Below are positions 28,640 through 43,151 of a stretch of 64,000 bases of DNA, in pieces. The stretch's first letter is position 1. Each line of letters opens with the position of its first letter. The notes under the pieces were generated by a model. The model saw nothing but the letters and a program-made list of their open reading frames with translations. It was not told where the DNA came from and did not search any database. The translations under genes were made by a program, and so were the position numbers. The stretch is from Octopus vulgaris (lineage: Eukaryota): assembly GCA_951406725.2 (NCBI GenBank), contig OX597830.1, positions 69,130,001 through 69,194,000 of the forward strand, read 5' to 3'.

Positions 28640-29310
28640 TGTTGTTTGAAGTCGTTCTATTGCCGTTGTTTCATTCGGGACTACCTCGTGTTTGAAAACT
28701 TAGTGTCTTTTGACACACTGTTCGCCTGAACAAGCTTGGTTTTCCTCTTGTTCCCCTGTTGTGGGCGAATTTTTTGCGTTTTGTATGGGGATTGTGCCCG
28801 CACAAAATGACTAGTGATTTGTATGATGTGTCGGAGCTCATACAGAATGTCAACTCGGAGTACGAAACCGACTCGGAAAAAAGTGTGGATGATTATGCGG
28901 CAGCGGTCAGTAGGCGGCAAAGAAGATAGAATATCAGGACGGAGGCCGTGGAAACATTTTAACCAATTCTGCGGGGAGAAGCAACAAGCGTGAGGTTGAC
29001 TACCCCACCCCAGAAAACGAGAAGAAGAACGATAATTTAACGCTATCTCTTAAAAATAAGAGAATAGAGATAGCGTCTATCGAAGAAATGGAAAATGTTT
29101 TAAAGCTTATGTTCAATTTACAATATATGAAAAGAGGCAAGAAATTAGGTAGCGTGGAGGTACAGTTCATATCAGAATACGACACTAGGGGTGATTCTGC
29201 GATCACCCTGCAGACGAAAAGCTGGCTCTTTTACCGTCATACTTTGGCAAAAGAAACATAGAAGTCGCAATAGAAAAATATTCACCTGAAATTAGACCGG
29301 CGTGTATAAA
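28640..29310 (+). mobile_element. Degenerate ORF1-like fragment, apparently related to 23330-25050
   Basis: Peptide remnants such as MENVLKLMFNLQYMKRGKKLGSVEVQF. Truncated by the MITE at 29315. Confidence 0.4.
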
Positions 29311-29314
29311 TATA

Positions 29315-29725
29315 GGATCTTTCGGTTTGAACAGCAGTTTTTAACATAATTTCTACGTAACTAAAAACTTTAAAAATTCGTATACTGGTTGAATGTGTTT
29401 AGAAAACATCTTTTTCTTTTGGCTTTATTTAGAAAATTCTATAGTTTGTAAGATATTTGTTGTTTTTTTCTTCAATTTCTGCAATTTCAACCTATCACTG
29501 ACGTCCATTGAGGTAAACAACATTCTGTGCCGTATGAATATGTTCCAACAGATTGGGTTTATTTACATTTGTGAAGAAAAATGATAACCTTCCCCACCCC
29601 AAACTCTAACCCTAACTAACCCTAAAATAGATTGACATGCAATAGATCGGTACTAGGGTCATAATTATGGGTTACAATTTCATACGACACCGCTAGAAAA
29701 ACTGCCGATCAAACCGAAAAGATCC
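29315..29725. mobile_element. MITE / non-autonomous DNA transposon
   Basis: Terminal inverted repeats GGATCTTTCGGTTTGAACAGCAGTTTT ... AAAACTGCCGATCAAACCGAAAAGATCC, with an internal AACCCT-like tract. Confidence 0.8.
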
Positions 29726-30133
29726 AAAATATATGTATACAAAATATAAATAGAATACATTTTTTACATATTTATAGAGATATTAGTTTATAAGTTTATT
29801 GCTTATATATTTTTTACACATAATTTTTCTGTATTCTACCCCCAGACTGCCTTTTTCTTGTGTGTATTTTGTGTATATGGAATCCGTTGTGCGCGCGTGT
29901 GGATGTGTGCGTGTGTACGTGCAGGCGAGTATTGCGCATATAGACGTGTTGTACTCATTGTTTTTTAACACATTTTCATGTATAAAAGATAAAGAGAGAG
30001 AGAGAGAATTGAAGGCGTTCGAGTCAAAAAGAAAAAGTACAGTTTGACATTATATATATATTTATACATATATTGATAAAACTGATAAGACAGCGAAAGA
30101 ATGAAAGAGACCTCGATATTATGTAAATAGAGG

Positions 30134-30190
30134 AGTGCCCCAGCATGGCCACAGCTCATGAGCTGAAACTAGATAAAATAAAATAAATAA
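30134..30190 (+). mobile_element. LINE 3'-end-only fragment
   Basis: GTGCCCCAGCATGGCCACAGCTCATGAGCTGAAACT plus an A-rich tail, the same terminal motif as the CR1-like copies. Confidence 0.7.
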
Positions 30191-30583
30191 TAACAAAAAT
30201 GTAATCTGTGGCAATTATTCGGTAGCTGTGATAAAACTCCGAGTTTCAGATGCCGAGGTGGAAATCCACGCCGCCATCTCTTCAGTTATCCGGCCATCGG
30301 AAAAAATGCTATGAAAAACGACCGTTATACAAAGGGAAATTACTGTGTGAATGATCGTTAGTAAGACTAAAGAGCTATTTGAATGACCGCTAAGTGAGGG
30401 GAGGGAGTAAAAGTAAGAGAGTAAAAAGGTTCATAGTATTCGCGTAAGCGTGCATGTTCATACCTACACATGCGTGCCCGCACACCAACGTGCATGCGCC
30501 TAAAAGTATTATACACTCATCCACCCTCACTTGAAACACACACAACCTCACCCGCACCATTCGCCAAAATATATATATATATA

Positions 30584-32070
30584 TTATATTAAATTAGAGA
30601 TAAAACCACTATGAGGCAAATCAAACAGTGAAAAACATAAGCCAATACATAAAATTAATCTCGCTAAGATAAGTTTTTATTTATATTTAAGATCTTTAAA
30701 TTGTAAATTTTAATATTTTATAAGTCTTTGGTGTAATAATATTTTTCTTATGTAAATATCGTTGTTTATGTAATGATCTAATTATCGTAATTTTCTATAT
30801 AATTATTAGATATTAAATTTAAGTTTATTCGTAAGATATTACTTAGCGATAGATATGTTGTTTGGTAGCAAGTATACGAGTTGTCTAAAGTTAGGTTTAT
30901 GTATATACATGTATTAATAGCATTAATTGTAGTTTTAAATTTCTTATAATTAAAATTAGATAAACTTAGATATGTTTCGATCAAAGATTGGTCCAGGCCA
31001 TGTCTAACTTAATAGCATAACTTAGTTATTGTCTTTCTAAATTGATATTTGCTAGTTTTATTCCCATTGATAAATATATTTATAGTATTTATAGTATTTA
31101 TTCGATACTATATAACTACGAATTGATTATTTCAGTAAGTATTTTAAATATAAGATTTCCGAAAGTTCGTTTAAGTTTGTTTGTTTGTATTTTTGAAATT
31201 AGCTATTTCATCTTTAAATATGAAAAATTAATTTATTAGGTCTTTATTATATGTGCATATATATTTATTTATAGAGATTATTTTAGATCTTAATTATTAT
31301 ATTTATATAAATTTATATATTTTCATTGATAATTTATATATAATAGTCATTTTAAAAAAAATATTTATGTAATTAGATATAGACTATTACCGATATAAGA
31401 TAATTGGTGGGTTTCTTACCTTAAAAATTAAAATTAATATTTAACATTATAATCGATTTGTATGTAATCATAATCGTTAAGTTTTAAGTTTCTAGTTTGA
31501 AAATAGAGATTATTATAAGTAAAATTATTATATTATTTATATCTTAAAAATATTGTTTAACTATTTCTGATTATTTTTTAAATATTTCAATTAACCTGAA
31601 GATTGACTGTAACCATAATTCGAATTATTAATTGAATTTAAATTATTGTTATTCGAATTCGTACAGCCATGAAACGATCGTAGTATTTTACACTTCATCT
31701 TTTATTAAACTTTTAATACTTTTGATATTTATATAATAATTAAAAAAATAATAAATAAATAAATTTATAAATAAAATAATATATAAATATAAAAATATAC
31801 ATACATATAAATATATATATATATTTGTATATATATATTTAAAATTTATAAGTTTAAATTATTTAAATAATTCTTTTAAATTTTAAATTTTATATTTTTT
31901 AATTAATTTTATGTAATGGCTTATGCATTTCACTGTTTGATTTGCCTAATAGTGGTTTTATCTCTAATTTAATATAATATAATATAATATATTTATACTA
32001 TAAAATTGGATTTAATCCTAAATCTAATATTTCCCTGTAAGCTTGGATTTATTCCCTAATATTATTATTA
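30584..32070 (+). mobile_element. AT-rich non-coding PLE-like element with an inverted partial end and a hammerhead-like core
   Basis: 30584-30659 is the inverted copy of ~31902-31980. Both sides are flanked by (TA)n. Hammerhead-like motif at 31596-31682. Confidence 0.6.
31591..31686 (+). ncRNA. Hammerhead ribozyme-like motif (type I, possibly degenerate)
   Basis: CTGAAGA at 31596, long stem II (TGACTGTA/TACAGCCA; AATTCGAAT/ATTCGAATT), GAAA, palindromic CGATCG, then TA. The stem II closing pair is T-T. Confidence 0.55.
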
Positions 32071-32113
<43 letters not shown>

Positions 32114-32198
32114 ACCCCCCACACACACGCGCGCGCTCAAAAAAGTTCATTCCCACGTCCATATGCACCTATAGACATGGAAAACAGGGCTCGAGGCA

Positions 32199-32240
<42 letters not shown>

Positions 32241-32251
32241 TGTGTGTGTGT

Positions 32252-32527
32252 GGAGGCGCAATGGCCCAGTGGTTAGAGCAGCGGACTCGCGGTCGTAGGA
32301 TCGCGGTTTCGATTCCCAGATCAGGCGTTGTAAGTGTTTATTCAGCGAAAACAGCGGCAGCGGGTGGTGGCGATCCCTGCTGTACGCTTTCGCCGCAACT
32401 TTCTTCTGATGGCCTGCTCATTTAGCCAGCGGGTTGGCGTCATTTGAAGGTTAAATCAATGCAAAGCGCATTGTGACCAGCGATGTGTAGCAACATCTGA
32501 AAGCCTGGTCGGTCACGTGATCACGTG
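32252..32527 (+). mobile_element. tRNA-derived SINE
   Basis: A box TGGCCCAGTGG, B box GGTTTCGATTCC, non-tRNA body and CACGTGA tail repeats. Confidence 0.85.
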
Positions 32528-32895
32528 AGAAATATATATATATATATATATATATAAGTTCTAATTTACCCTAATTATACAAAAACGTCTGTAGCTGGTT
32601 CAACCATTGCGTGATATAGTAGTTATCACTACTAATAAAGAAAATTTATTTTGCTCTATGATTATGTAAAATAGTAATCTAATCTATCACTACGAGAAAT
32701 AGAACGCTGTTCCACATATGTGAAAAATAATAATCAGCTGTACATTGGTATACTGGAAAATGTATTAAGATATTCATAAGCAAAATTTATAAGGTTGCTG
32801 TTAAAACAGAGTCTTTGATGAAATTCCAAAACACACATTGGTCATAATTCGTGCAAACAGAAGTAATAAAGAAAAATTGAAAAACATTAAATTAC

Positions 32896-32941
32896 TTGGG
32901 ATTCTTCGTCTTCTTCAGCCGATGATTCAGAAGATAGTGAT
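32896..32941 (-). CDS. Micro-exon type B (phase 2 to 0), (A)SLSSESSAEEDEESQ
   Basis: cattttttgtag| acceptor, |gtaatt donor. 46 nt. Flanks CTTTGATGAAATTC and ACAATGGAA..TAATAT are shared with the 6077/16082 exons. Confidence 0.68.
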
Positions 32942-34423
32942 CTACAAAAAATGAACCAAGGAGGAAGTTTAAGATTAGTGAAAGTTGTTTGTCATATGGA
33001 ATGTAGTTAACATTCTGGACATTTGAACTTCATCTAAAAGTTAAGAAAGGAGAAAAGTGATATTGTTGCTTGGGTTGGGAGCAAGAAACAATGGAATATT
33101 ACTGAAAGACTAATATAGGAGGTGATGAGAAGGATGACCAAGAGGGAGTTAAGGTCAGAATGAGTCAGAGGTGAGAGGAATGGTCAGGGTCTGGTGAACA
33201 AAGGCGGAGAGAAAAGCCAAGAGCATATGAGGAGAAGGTAGAAAGAGTCAGTGAGGATTATGACTACATTTATGGAGTAATATCTATGTGTATTTAGACC
33301 TGTTGTGAAATTAGGAATACATTTCAATAAGTAGCTTTGAACAATTCTATTTCAAAAGAGAGGTCAGCAAATCTTGACGAAGTGCTCAGACAGTAAAACT
33401 CGTCAGTTTGATTTTTATTACAAGCTGCTGAAAATATAGTTCATAGACTTCATTTCACATCAAAAGGTACGTTTATGCATAAAGTCTGGGGTGTAAATAC
33501 TCATGTAATTAATATCAAGTCATCAAATTTCTACAATTTTAAAATGGCATTTAATTGGTACAATTTTGATTGTGTTTTGATATATAGCCTTCTGCCATTT
33601 ATCTCGGTTTTGTGGGATGTGTAGGTGTGTGAGATCTGATGAACTGTAAAAGACAGTAAATCTGCTTAATTTAATTCACATCTCTAGAAAAACTTCTGCT
33701 TCAATGTATGATTTCTTAGATAAAAGAAGATATCAAATTTCAACAATTACCATAAGGTATTTTGTTTGACCGTTTTATAATTCTGCTAATCCACTACATT
33801 TTCTTCAGATGTATATTAAGACACAAACAAACAGTAACATTAGAAGAGATAAACTGATAGGTTAAACATTTCTGAATTGACTGTATGTACTTGGTGGAGA
33901 TACTTAGCGTTTATGGGGCAAATTTCAAAGCTACACTAAATACACGGTGGTAACACACTTTACATTGTTCTTAGTTTGCACGGATTTACTTGAGCATCGC
34001 TTTTGTTGGAACCAAAATGTTTTCGCTTTTCCCTTTATATCTACAGGAATCCCCTTTGTAGTTTCCGATTCAATATTTCCTTTTCCTTATCGTTATAACG
34101 TCATTTCATTTCCTCAATACAAAAGGCTCTGACTAATGCCTAAGTTAGAATTAATATCATATATTTTTAAATATCTGATAAATATTTTCGAGACTAAATA
34201 ATAATTTCAAATGTCCAGAAAATTGATTTTTTTAGAACTGAAGATATATTATCAAATCTAGTTCAAAATGGTCAAAGTCGTCAACAGAAACTATGAAAGA
34301 GTGAAGTATAAAAGAAAAAACAGAAACAAAGAAACAATCAGAGCCATGGTTACATTACATCAACAAAGGAAAATACTTTACTTCAAATAGAATATAAAAT
34401 CTAATATCACCATAATACCTATA

Positions 34424-34470
<47 letters not shown>

Positions 34471-35624
34471 GCTTATTTTTCTTTCGAAAAAGATTTTTTA
34501 CTCGATTACTTGGAAGTGCTAAGGTGGAAACCGAGATGTATAACTTGGTATAAGAAGAGACAAAAATTGAAATAATCATTTCATATTTATGATTTACATC
34601 AACATAATAAATACATAACTACATACACAGATATAACATATATTAAATTTAAGGTTAAAGGACGTTGAAATAAGGATTAATAGTTATAAGATACATCGAC
34701 AGTAGTTAGAAATCCTAATTATAGATATAAAATTTTAGAAGAGTTCCGAAGAAATGATTTATAGAGGATTATAACATCAATATGAAGCAATTCTAAGGCC
34801 GTTTTTGGAGTCCATTAGTCAGCAGGTATGAATCCTTTCGATTCTCACTGACATGTCCCCTTTACTAGGGATAAATAAATAGATAATTAATCAAGTTTGA
34901 AGATATGTAAGAGAAAAGAAAAGAAAGGAAGGAAATTTCTGGTTACATTACGTTGGTCGTCGGCTACTCTATCAGATACTGACCATTTTACGATGATTCA
35001 CGCTTATATACAAAAGGAAACTTCTAGTGTAGGATGATGGGTGAAGTTTAAAAAACAATCGATTTTCCAATAAATTCCGAGAATAATCAATTACTAATAG
35101 CAGAAGAAGCAGGACTGCCAAATACTTCATTCCTTGTAACTCGTCTTATAGAGTTCCATGAAAGATGAGTGAAATTTATGGGTTCATGAATGAATGGTAT
35201 CAGACAATTTAATTAATATGCCCGAATTGCAATATTTTAGAATAATGTATGATTCTCTAATGCATAAAGTACATTTGTTACCTATAGCATTATAGGGGTG
35301 GCCGTTTGCTAGTATATATGCTCTTATTCCTTAAATTATGTATATATGAGGGTAGAGTAGTAGAACTTTTATATTTAATGTTAGTAAATGAATTTAAATG
35401 CGTTCTATAACTTTTTTTTAAATACAACAGTACTAACTATATATGTTCCAGTCTGATACTTATCTGATACTACTGTACATCCGTATACTACATTTTTATG
35501 GAGACAGAATCATTCAAGTGGGCATAAATCGATTTTTCTACAACTACATATGTTCCCTAATTTATTTTTGCTATTATCTATATATTTTGGAGGGGTAGAT
35601 TTCCATTATTTAAGGCTACCTTAA

Positions 35625-35895
35625 AGAATTTTAGTTGAGGAGATCAACTCCGGGACTCATTCTTTGTAAGTCTAGTACTTATTCTATAGGTCTATCTGCG
35701 AACCGGTAAGTTACGGGAACGTAAACACACCAACGTGGGTTATGAGACAATAGTGGAAGGAAAAATACAGACACGAAGACACACACATACACATATACAT
35801 AATATACGACGGTCTTCCTTTGGTTTCCCTCTACCAAGTCCACTCACAAGGCTTTGGTCGGTCCGAGGCCTTAGTAGAAGAAATCGTTTTGCCAT
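35625..35895 (+). mobile_element. SINE body (Octopus-like family, recognised from memory)
   Basis: TAGTACTTATTCTAT...TAAGTTACGGGAACGTAAACACACC...TCCACTCACAAGGCTTTGGTCGG. Confidence 0.7.
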
Positions 35896-36101
35896 CGCGC
35901 CCAGACAGGTATATAATGTTGAAAAGCTACAAAAATGGCGAAACACCGATATCCATCATTCCAAAATGGGAATGAGGGTGAGTTATCTCGCCTGTCTATG
36001 ATTAAGTTGTTTTAACACCGTCGAAATGAGCGTTATATACTCCACTACACTATTGTGGACAACTGACACTTTCCATCATATCATATTAGCTACTGTGAGT
36101 T

Positions 36102-36129
<28 letters not shown>

Positions 36130-36134
<5 letters not shown>

Positions 36135-36576
36135 TTGTTATATTTCGGAATGGTCATTTTGCCAGATTAGCCAATAAAATCACACGCACTATATATTTGG
36201 TGTTACTTTGCTTCAGTGTTATTTATTTTTTACATTAATCTTAATCTTATTTCGGCCAGAGTTCTTTCGTCACACTCCTGTGACCGCAGCAGTGGTCTTT
36301 TGTTTTCGTCTTTCTTATTTGTGTCTCTCGTTACTAACCGTCAGCCATCTTGTGTTTCTATTGTATGTGTCTTCATTTGCGCATGCTTATATCTCTATGT
36401 GCGTCTATGTTTATTTAGTGTGTGTATGTGGGGGAGATACCTGCAATATTTGTATCTTCTGTTTATATACGTTCGTGTAATTTGTTTTTGTTTATTCTTA
36501 TTTTGTTCATGTGTTTACATCCACATATTATTATTATCATTACGTATGCTTGTATGTATGTATAACAACAATACTA

Positions 36577-36621
<45 letters not shown>

Positions 36622-37110
36622 CATAATTTAAAACATTTAAAACATTTAAAAATTTAAAAAATAAAAAAAATCTTTTAAATTTAATAAAGAGATTATATAG
36701 TTATTTATTTCTATTTGTTTATTTATCTGTGTATTTTATTCATTATGTTTTCGGTTTTGTTTATATTGTAACCAGTTTATGGGGATCCTCTACTGTCATA
36801 TGTTGTGGTGTGCGCTAGTGTTCCATTTCAATTTCCTATTCAGGCTAGGTTTATCTTCTATTATGTGTGTAGCATCCGTAATTTGTCTGATTGTTGCATC
36901 TGTTCTATGCGTAGACAAGATTTTAACATCTCTGTTGTTGATTGATCCCCCGTGTTCCTGCTCGGCGTGTTGGTACAGAATCGATGAGCTTTTACCTTCC
37001 TTAAGTTCTCTCCAATGTACATTTACCCGCTCTCCTATGCTTCGTGCCGTTTCCCCTACGTATGTCGTTGGTCTTGTTACTGCATCATCCCTCTATACAT
37101 CTTATACTAT
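36130..37110 (-). mobile_element. Penelope-like 3' fragment (GIY-YIG plus degenerate hammerhead-like UTR)
   Basis: TYVGETARSIGERVNVH...SILYQHAEQEHGG...RQI...KPSLNRK at ~36816-37110. Decayed core GTCAC/GTGAC-GAAA at ~36250-36295. Confidence 0.65.
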
Positions 37111-37256
37111 AGACTACTATTATCTTAGCCTGAATATTCTAAGTTTTATAATTATTAATTTTTATCAATATTAATTATTTACTATTATTCATTTTCATTT
37201 TTATTAAATTTCATATTTTAACATTTTTGTATACTTTATTTTATTATTATCTTTTA

Positions 37257-37448
37257 GGCGGCGAACTGGCAGAATCGTTAGCGCGTCGCTTCGTTCGGAG
37301 TTAAAATTCCACCGAGTCGACTTTGCTTTTCATCCTTTTGATGGTCGATAAATTAAGTACCAGTAAAAACACTGGAGTCGGTGTAACCGACTAATCTCTT
37401 CCCCACAAATTCGAGACCGTGTGCCTACAGTAGAAAGGATTATTATCA
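37257..37448 (+). mobile_element. tRNA-related SINE (Octopus-like)
   Basis: GGCGGCGAACTGGCAGAATCGTTAGC...GTCGACTTTGCTTTTCATCC...GTCGATAAATTAAGTACCAGT...GAAAGGATTATTAT. Confidence 0.75.
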
Positions 37449-38879
37449 TCACCTTATTTTACTATATTACTATTTTTCTTAAATAAAAATATTAACACAC
37501 ACACACAAATAACAAAGCATATTTCATCTACTTTGTTGGAGTATCTCAACCGATCGGCATGTAACTTCCTTTCGGCTTTCGAAACCGCAACTCCAAATCA
37601 CCATGCAATAACCTATCACTAGACCAATGAAATTTTACCTCCGATTAGAACTGGACCTTCAAGAAAATAAACAGACTGACTCGGTAAGAGAATCAAACAA
37701 CAGGAACGTTTCATGACCATTCCCCACAGGCAAGACAACCAGGCAGAATGTCAAACTTGGTCTCCACAAAGAATAAGAATAAGAATTATAACGAATCAAA
37801 AATTATATCCTTTCACAGAAAAGATTATAGATACACGGATTCCAAAGCAGTCCGTTACAGGCGAAAAACCCTCTACGCGACGGTAAAAAGAATCACGTGC
37901 AAGATGAAAGAAACTGTAACAAAATCCCTTTTGCTTACTCTCTTCTTTCTTTATTTGTTTCTCTCTTAAATCAGTATGACTGAACTTTTGGCGATCCACA
38001 TTTTTTATATACTTCGCCCATCATTTTCTGATATTATTGAAATTTGTAAACATTTAATCATTTAAATATGTTTTCTAATTCGCAAACAAAATAGGGCCTT
38101 GGGACCGAGGAGAAGAGGTAACGCTTAGAAAATTTTCTTGGAAGATGGTGAACATAGCGACAGAAAATTTGCGACTGTTCAGCTACAGGACCAGTGTAAG
38201 AAGGGAAGAAAAAGGGGTACTGGCAGTTGGTCACGCGACAGCAGCAGGCAGAGGTGAAAGACTGCAGGGTGAGAGAACGACAGAGAAAAATACGGAAGGG
38301 ATGAAGGGAAAGAAGAAAGGCTGGGAATACAAGAGAGAGAAGGAGTCAGTAGAAAGTCTATAATAAATAAATACACACACACACACACATATATGTATAT
38401 TTATATATATTAAGTATGTAAGTATGTTTTAAAATGTATGGGCTATTTACGGAGTGCTCATAGGGAGCCTACGCGAAAAAATACAGAGTAGAGAAAATTT
38501 AAAACGCAAGTCTTGGAAAGTCAAACAGATTCCCGAACGCATAAATGAGAAATTTCAATCGAAGTAGTTGAATCATATATATTTATACACATCAACATAA
38601 ATCATGCATGTACAGGCGTGAAAATTCCCCAAGGTTATAAAGAATGAAATCAAACATACATAGAAATATAGAAGAAATATAAAAATTTATATAAAAATAC
38701 TTATCAAATTACATATAAATAAATTTACATGCAACGAGTTATACGTGATAAATATAGGAGGTGCAAAGTGGATGAGAGATTGGTACATTCTGTAAGGATC
38801 AGATATCGAGATATGTAGGTATTTAGCGTGTCTTTCGATATGATGAAGAAAGTTTATCTGGAAATGTCTGTCTACTTAC

Positions 38880-38935
38880 TTATCAAAACATTTCGATGCC
38901 AAAGGCGCTTGAATTAGTGTTTCTGTTGTTTCAGG
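38880..38935 (-). CDS. Micro-exon type A (phase 0 to 2), PETTETLIQAPLASKCFD(AA)
   Basis: ttcctcttttctctag| acceptor, |gtaagtagac donor. 56 nt. About 800 nt of flanking homology to 13918-14693. Confidence 0.75.
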
Positions 38936-39380
38936 CTAGAGAAAAGAGGAAAAACAATGTTAATTGTTGAAAGAAACGTTTGGGTTAGTATTTCTAGGTA
39001 TAGAAAATAAATTTTAAGTAAAATATATGTTTGAAGGAGGAGGTATATAAGTAACAGTAGTAAGCAAGAGGCAAAGAATAACCACATCTAAAAGTCTAAC
39101 AACTACACACGGATATAGACACAGAAAAATCCATTTACAGAAAAACGATAAACAGTTTTATTTTCAATTTAGTTTTAGAGATTTCAACATGGTTAGCATC
39201 ATTGAATTCAAATGAAGATCTGAAATCGTATTTACAACTATTTTATTTTTATGAAGTTCAGTATTTATGATATCAGTGCAGATCCTTTTAATGTCTTACT
39301 AATTTAGGCATAATTAAATAAAATCTTTAGGAAAATAATATCCTCAGATGCAATATGAAACACAATTTATATATGTATAC

Positions 39381-40395
39381 ATGAATTATAAAGTTCACAT
39401 CCTGAAATCATCAAAAGACTCCCAAGAGACTAAAGTTCAAAGAAGAAAAACGGTAAAGACATTAAATAGCTTTAAACGTTGATTGATTGATTGATTGATT
39501 GATTCTAGTTTCAGCTTATGAGCTGTGGCCATGCTGGGGCACCGCCATTTGGTGTTGCTACTTGGTTTCACTTCATGGAGGCTTTCTAGCAACTGCTATT
39601 TGGTGCATGAGAGAGTTCGTTATAGAAAGTTTTTTTTTAAAATTATGATGAACATATAAATATCATTTAATGTAAGTTTATTTAAGCGTGTACATATTAA
39701 TTCTACAATTTCCCAATTGAAAAACGGACATATATTGATACAATATTTTACATGAAATTTGTACAACTTTTGCAAGGATTGTGCAATCTTAACAGGAACT
39801 AACTTCTTATATTTCTCAATTCACCCATGATTGCAGGTGTCTTCCACAAATACTATTCGCATATGAACGCTTCCTCGCTACACTAAGGCATTAGTTCTTG
39901 TGACAAAAGCATCTATATTCTCAGAAGATAACATAGGCATCAACAATGCAAACCTGGCTGAAGAACAGTATATATATATATATATAAATGAATTATAATG
40001 TTCACATACTGAAATCATCAAAAGTTTCCCAAAAGCCTAAAATTCAAAGAAGGAAAACAGTAAAGACATTAAATAGTTCTATAAGTTATAGAAAGTTGTT
40101 TTTAAAATTATGATGAACATATAAATATCATTTAATGTAAGTTTATTTAAGCGTGTACATATTAATTCTACATTTTCCCAATTGAAAAACGGACATATTT
40201 TGATACAATATTTTACATGAAATTTGTACAACTTTTGCAAGATTGTGCAATCTTAACAGGAACTAACTTCTTATATTTCTCAATTCACCCATGATTGCAG
40301 GTGTCTTGCACAAATACTATTCATATGAATACATTAGGGCAATAGTTCTTGTGACAAAGCATCTATATTCTCAGAAGATAACATAGGCATCAACA
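39381..40395. repeat. Local tandem duplication (~410-nt unit); the first copy carries a LINE-tail insertion at ~39478-39618
   Basis: ATGAATTATAA.GTTCACAT..TGAAATCATCAAAAG at 39381 and 39988. Both units end CAACAATGCAAACCTG. Confidence 0.85.
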
Positions 40396-40413
40396 ATGCA
40401 AACCTGACTGAGT

Positions 40414-40499
<86 letters not shown>

Positions 40500-40796
40500 C
40501 ATACATATATACATACATATATATAAAAATTCATACATATATACATTCATACATATATACATTCATACATATATACATTCATATATATATACATTTATAT
40601 ATATATGCATACATATATATATATACATATATATATATACATATATATATACATTCATATATATATACATTCATATATATATACATACATATATAATACA
40701 TACATATATATATATATACATACATATATATATACATTCATATATATATACATTCATATATATATACATACATATATATATTTTTTTTTTTTTTTT

Positions 40797-40871
<75 letters not shown>

Positions 40872-40967
40872 CATACATACATATATGTATATACATACAT
40901 ATATATATATATATATACATACATATATATATACATACATATATATATACATATACATACATATATG

Positions 40968-41027
<60 letters not shown>

Positions 41028-41298
41028 CATATAAATATATACATACATATATATATATATATATACATACATATACATATATATATACATACATACATAT
41101 ATATATATATATACATACATATATATATATACATACATATATATATATATACACATACATATATATATACATATATGTATATATATATATATATATATAT
41201 ACATACATACATATATACATATACATACATATATATACATATACATACACATACATATATATACATATACATACACATACATATATATACATATACAT

Positions 41299-41375
<77 letters not shown>

Positions 41376-41430
41376 CATACAAATATATACATATATATAC
41401 ATACAAATATATACATATATATATATATAT

Positions 41431-42404
41431 AAAGTCTCCCACAAAATACAAAACCCTGAAAATATTGCGCATCTGCAACATGAGCTGGACACAATATACA
41501 GGTGGGCTGAGGACAACAACATGCAGTTTAATGCAGGTAAGTTCCAGGCCCAGCGCTACTGGCACACAAAGGTAAACGACATGAAGACTGGATACACTGG
41601 CCCAGGAAGAATTGCAATCCCTGAGTCAAAATCAGTGCGTGACCTGGGCATTGACATGAGCAATGATGCATCTTTCCAAGTGAATATTGCTAATCTGGTG
41701 ATAAAATACAGACGGCTAGCTGGATGGATTCTCCGAACTTTCAGAACAAGAGAGAAGGAGACACTGATGGTCCTATGGAAAACATTCGTCCTCAGCCGCT
41801 TGGACTACTGCTCCCAACTGTGGTCACCACACAATATAAAACTAACAGCAGAACTCGAACCAATAGAGATGCTACACAAAGAAAATCGTCTCGACGCAAA
41901 ATATCAGCTACTGGGAAAGACTGAAGGTATTAATCCTCTTCTCCCTAGAGCGGAGGCGGGAGAGATATGCGGTGATATACATCTGGAAAATCCTGGAGGG
42001 TCTTGTCCCAAACTTTGGCATTCAAAGTTACCCCAACCGCAGAAAGGGCGCCACTGCATGGTGCCAAGGATTCCAACATCACCATCAAAATACAGGTCCA
42101 GATACTGCAACAGATTGGGTTTCAGAGGACCACAACTCTTTAACATCCTCCCTAAATGCCTGAGAGACTTACATTGTGTGGATGTGGGTTTCTTTAAAAC
42201 TAAACTGGATCTCTTCTTGTTGGGAGCCCCAGATGAACCTACCTCACAACAGGAGATGCGGATGCGGGCAGCAGCATCGAACTCCCTTGTTGATCAAGTG
42301 CCACGTATCAGAGGTGGATTCACAAATTAGTATAGCTCATTCAGAGGTGGTGCACTAGCATGGCCGCGGTCTTCGGGCTAAAACATTTTAAAGGATTTTT
42401 ATGG

Positions 42405-42408
<4 letters not shown>
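41431..42408 (+). mobile_element. 5'-truncated CR1-like LINE (RT C-terminus plus 3' end)
   Basis: [28 protein letters not shown]; frameshifted; ends in the shared 3' motif. Confidence 0.88.
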
Positions 42409-42455
<47 letters not shown>

Positions 42456-42661
42456 GCTTATATATATATACATACATATATATATAAATATATATATATA
42501 CATACATATATATATATACATACATATATATATATATATACATACATATATATATATACATACATATATATATATATATACATACATATATATATATACA
42601 TACATATATATATATACATAAATATATATATATATATACATACATATATATATATACATAC

Positions 42662-42722
<61 letters not shown>

Positions 42723-42978
42723 CATACATATATATATATATACATACATATATATATATATATACATACATATATATATATATACATACATATATATATA
42801 TACATAAATATATATATATATATATACATACATATATATATATACATACATATATATATATATATATACATACATATATATATATATACATACATATATA
42901 TATACATACATATATATATATATACATACATATATATATATATATACATACATATATATATATATATATACATACATA

Positions 42979-43010
<32 letters not shown>

Positions 43011-43111
43011 CGTATATATATATACATACACATATATATATATATACACATATATATATACATACACATATATATATACATACACATATATATATACATA
43101 CACATATATAT

Positions 43112-43150
<39 letters not shown>

Positions 43151-43151
<1 letters not shown>

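Noticed and set aside
29595-29630. Telomere-like AACCCT repeats
   Set aside because: Only a few degenerate units, internal to a MITE.
32255-32325. Possible tRNA gene
   Set aside because: A and B boxes are present, but there is no proper acceptor stem and it runs into a SINE body.
33560-33660. Strong-looking minus-strand acceptor (gtcttttacag)
   Set aside because: No convincing donor, and it is not needed to keep the array in frame.
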